From assembly GCF_036516575.1 (NCBI RefSeq), contig NZ_DATBTY010000018.1:3882-67881 (forward strand): 64,000 nucleotides of DNA, given 5' to 3'. This document shows positions 61,731 to 64,000 of the stretch, in pieces; within the stretch, counting starts at the first letter, position 1; each line of letters begins with the position of its first letter. A model generated the notes under the pieces. It was not told the DNA's origin. It saw only the letters and a program-made list of their open reading frames with translations, and ran no database searches. The translations under genes were made by a program, and so were the position numbers. This stretch comes from Cerasibacillus sp. (GTDB lineage: Bacteria; Bacillota; Bacilli; Bacillales; Amphibacillaceae).

Positions 61731-63224
61731 ATGAGTAAAATAGATCGAGAAGCCATCGTAAATAGTGTTCCGCAAAAAGGCTTTTTTGGCCATCCAAAAG
61801 GATTATTTACGCTATTTTTTACAGAGTTCTGGGAACGCTTCTCATACTATGGTATGCGCGCATTATTGCTCTACTATATGTACAGTGAAGTTGTAAATGG
61901 TGGTCTCGGCATGGAAGAAGGAACAGCTAAATCAATTATGGCTGTTTATGGATCATTAGTGTATATGTCTGGGATTATAGGTGGGTGGATAGCAGACCGC
62001 TTACTCGGCACACAGCGCTCGATTTTCTATGGTGGAATTCTAATCATGGCGGGACATATTGTACTAGCTTTACCGGCAGGTGTAACCGCTTTATTTATAT
62101 CCATGTTCCTGATTATTATTGGGACAGGGCTTTTAAAACCAAACGTATCAAGTATTGTTGGTGACATGTACCATCCAGAAGATAATCGTCGTGACGCAGG
62201 TTTTAGTATTTTTTATATGGGAATCAACATGGGTGCATTCATTGCGCCATTTATCGTCGGAACGTTGGGACAAAAATATAATTACCACCTCGGTTTCGGA
62301 ATGGCAGCAATTGGTATGTTATTAGGGCTTATAGTTTTTGTAGTTACAAAAAAGAAAAACTTAGCTCTTGCTGGAACTCAAGTACCGAACCCATTACAGC
62401 CAGATGAAAAGGCTAGAGTGATTAAAAGAATTGTAATCGGACTCTTAATTATTGTCGGATTAGGTTTTGCAACAATCCCTACGAACATATTAACCATTAA
62501 TCGTTTCACTATTTTAATTAGTCTTTTAGGGATTATTATTCCAACTGCATACTTCATCCTCATGTATCGCAGTGAAAAAACAACGAGTGTGGAAAAATCA
62601 CGACTACTTGCTTATATTCCACTATTTATTACATCTGTCTTGTTCTGGGCAATCTATGAACAAGGAGCGATTATTTTAGCAGAATATGCTGATAAACGAA
62701 CACAGTTAGAGATTTTTGGTATCCAATTACATTCGTCATGGTTCCAATCTCTCAGCCCACTATTTGTTATTACGTTGGCACCGATATTCGCCACTTTATG
62801 GATTAAATTAGGTGAACGTCAACCATCAACAACACGCAAATTTTCATTTGGTCTATTCTTTGCTGGGCTATCATTTATAATCATGATTGTGCCAGCTTTC
62901 ATGTATGGAACAGAGGCACTTGTCCATCCTATCTGGTTAACATTAAGTTTTCTATTAGCTGTTATTGGGGAACTCTGTTTATCACCAGTTGGATTATCAG
63001 CAACAACAAAACTAGCACCAGCAGCTTTCTCTGCCCAAACAATGAGTCTCTGGTTTTTATCAAACGCTGCAGCACAAGCGCTTAACGCTCAGCTCGTAAA
63101 ACTATATACGCCTGAAACTGAAGTCTTTTACTTCGGATTAATTGGTGGAACGGCTGTAGCACTCAGTTTCCTATTATTTATAGTAGCTCCGAAAATTCAA
63201 AAATATATGATTGGTGTTAAATAA
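61731..63224 (+). CDS. dtpT: Proton-dependent oligopeptide transporter (POT/DtpT)
   Basis: EFWERFSYYGMR, GTGLLKPN, FSIFYMGINMG and GELCLSPVGLS motifs. Confidence 0.93.
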   Translation: MSKIDREAIVNSVPQKGFFGHPKGLFTLFFTEFWERFSYYGMRALLLYYMYSEVVNGGLGMEEGTAKSIMAVYGSLVYMSGIIGGWIADRLLGTQRSIFYGGILIMAGHIVLALPAGVTALFISMFLIIIGTGLLKPNVSSIVGDMYHPEDNRRDAGFSIFYMGINMGAFIAPFIVGTLGQKYNYHLGFGMAAIGMLLGLIVFVVTKKKNLALAGTQVPNPLQPDEKARVIKRIVIGLLIIVGLGFATIPTNILTINRFTILISLLGIIIPTAYFILMYRSEKTTSVEKSRLLAYIPLFITSVLFWAIYEQGAIILAEYADKRTQLEIFGIQLHSSWFQSLSPLFVITLAPIFATLWIKLGERQPSTTRKFSFGLFFAGLSFIIMIVPAFMYGTEALVHPIWLTLSFLLAVIGELCLSPVGLSATTKLAPAAFSAQTMSLWFLSNAAAQALNAQLVKLYTPETEVFYFGLIGGTAVALSFLLFIVAPKIQKYMIGVK

Positions 63225-63355
63225 AATTCGTCACACAACCCTAATCTGAGACATACAGATTAGGGTTTTTTATGTATAAACTGATTTAGCAAATATTCTC
63301 TTTTTCCATTCTTCTATGATAAGATGAGAGTGAATAAAAGAATTGAGGTGATCGT

Positions 63356-63922
63356 GTGGGTAAGCGTGTTTTCATCATGACATTTGAAGAAGACAGTAAA
63401 TCATATCAAGCATTTTCAGAGCTTAAACAATTACATGTTGCAAAAAAAGTTCAAATCGAACAGATGGCAGTCATAACGAATAGTGTTGAAGAAAAACTGC
63501 AAATAAAAGATTTCATGGATATGACCGGACCAGATAAAACATCTCGTGGTAGTCTAATCGGTTTATTGATTGGTATTTTAGGAGGACCAATTGGCATGTT
63601 ATTAGGATGGGTATCTGGTACAATGATTGGTGCTTCAGGTGATGCCCGTGAAGTACGAGATGCGATGTCAGTCTTTGATCAAACGCTATCAATGATCTCT
63701 CCGGGGAAAACTGGACTAATGGTCATTGCAACTGCTGAAAGTCGTGATACATTACAAGACTTAGCCTATGATGAATTAGAAGGTGGCAGACTATTACAAC
63801 TTGACTTAGAACTTGTTAAAGAAGAAATTGAACGTGCAAGACAAACAGAACGTGAACTGCAACAAGAAGCCAAAAAGCGTTGGTTCGATAAAGACAAAGC
63901 AAAACGAAACGACGAACAATAA
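63356..63922 (+). CDS. DUF1269-like membrane protein
   Basis: GSLIGLLIGILGGPIGMLLG glycine zipper; C-terminal coiled coil. Confidence 0.7.
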   Translation: MGKRVFIMTFEEDSKSYQAFSELKQLHVAKKVQIEQMAVITNSVEEKLQIKDFMDMTGPDKTSRGSLIGLLIGILGGPIGMLLGWVSGTMIGASGDAREVRDAMSVFDQTLSMISPGKTGLMVIATAESRDTLQDLAYDELEGGRLLQLDLELVKEEIERARQTERELQQEAKKRWFDKDKAKRNDEQ

Positions 63923-63932
63923 AAAAATACCC

Positions 63933-63961
63933 TTGACATTTATCTGAATTATGACTACAAT
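63933..63961 (+). promoter_or_regulatory. SigA promoter
   Basis: TTGACA-N17-TACAAT. Confidence 0.75.
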
Positions 63962-63983
63962 GTCATATAACCTTATAAATAAA

Positions 63984-64000
63984 CTTATCAAGAGTGGTGG
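63984..64000 (+). ncRNA. 5' end of a SAM-I (S-box) riboswitch, truncated by the window edge
   Basis: CTTATCAAGAGTGGTGG about 22 nt after a SigA -10 matches the SAM-I P1/P2 start. Confidence 0.7.

Overview
Low-GC Bacillaceae chromosomal DNA (Virgibacillus/Oceanobacillus-like gene content; the taxon is inferred, not determined). About 47 mostly metabolic or transport genes, including dhaT-like ADH, cydAB plus two Cyd ABC exporter genes, pepA, ctaB, rbsK, proline dehydrogenase, dpaL, prpD-prpB-GntR, mgtE, bioY, an LCP protein, glycerate kinase, a YfmS/YfmT-like pair, cbpA, gltS, mvaS, thiC, ung, a NERD nuclease and dtpT. Four riboswitches are present: M-box, c-di-GMP-I, TPP and the start of a SAM-I cut by the window end. 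Rex, BirA, ArsR-like, GntR-like and CsoR-like operators are also visible. No rRNA, tRNA, CRISPR-cas, transposase or prophage was recognised. The striking unexplained signal is six clear intergenic tandem arrays plus one short partial one, from three sequence groups, all with a 52-bp period and internal inverted motifs, together with a 20/21-bp array. All lie downstream of gene 3' ends, and one starts right after a NERD (PD-(D/E)xK-like) nuclease/Zn-ribbon gene. I propose the NERD-satellite link as the top candidate system; it is a hypothesis based on one adjacency. All calls are by eye and from memory of protein families; no searches were run.
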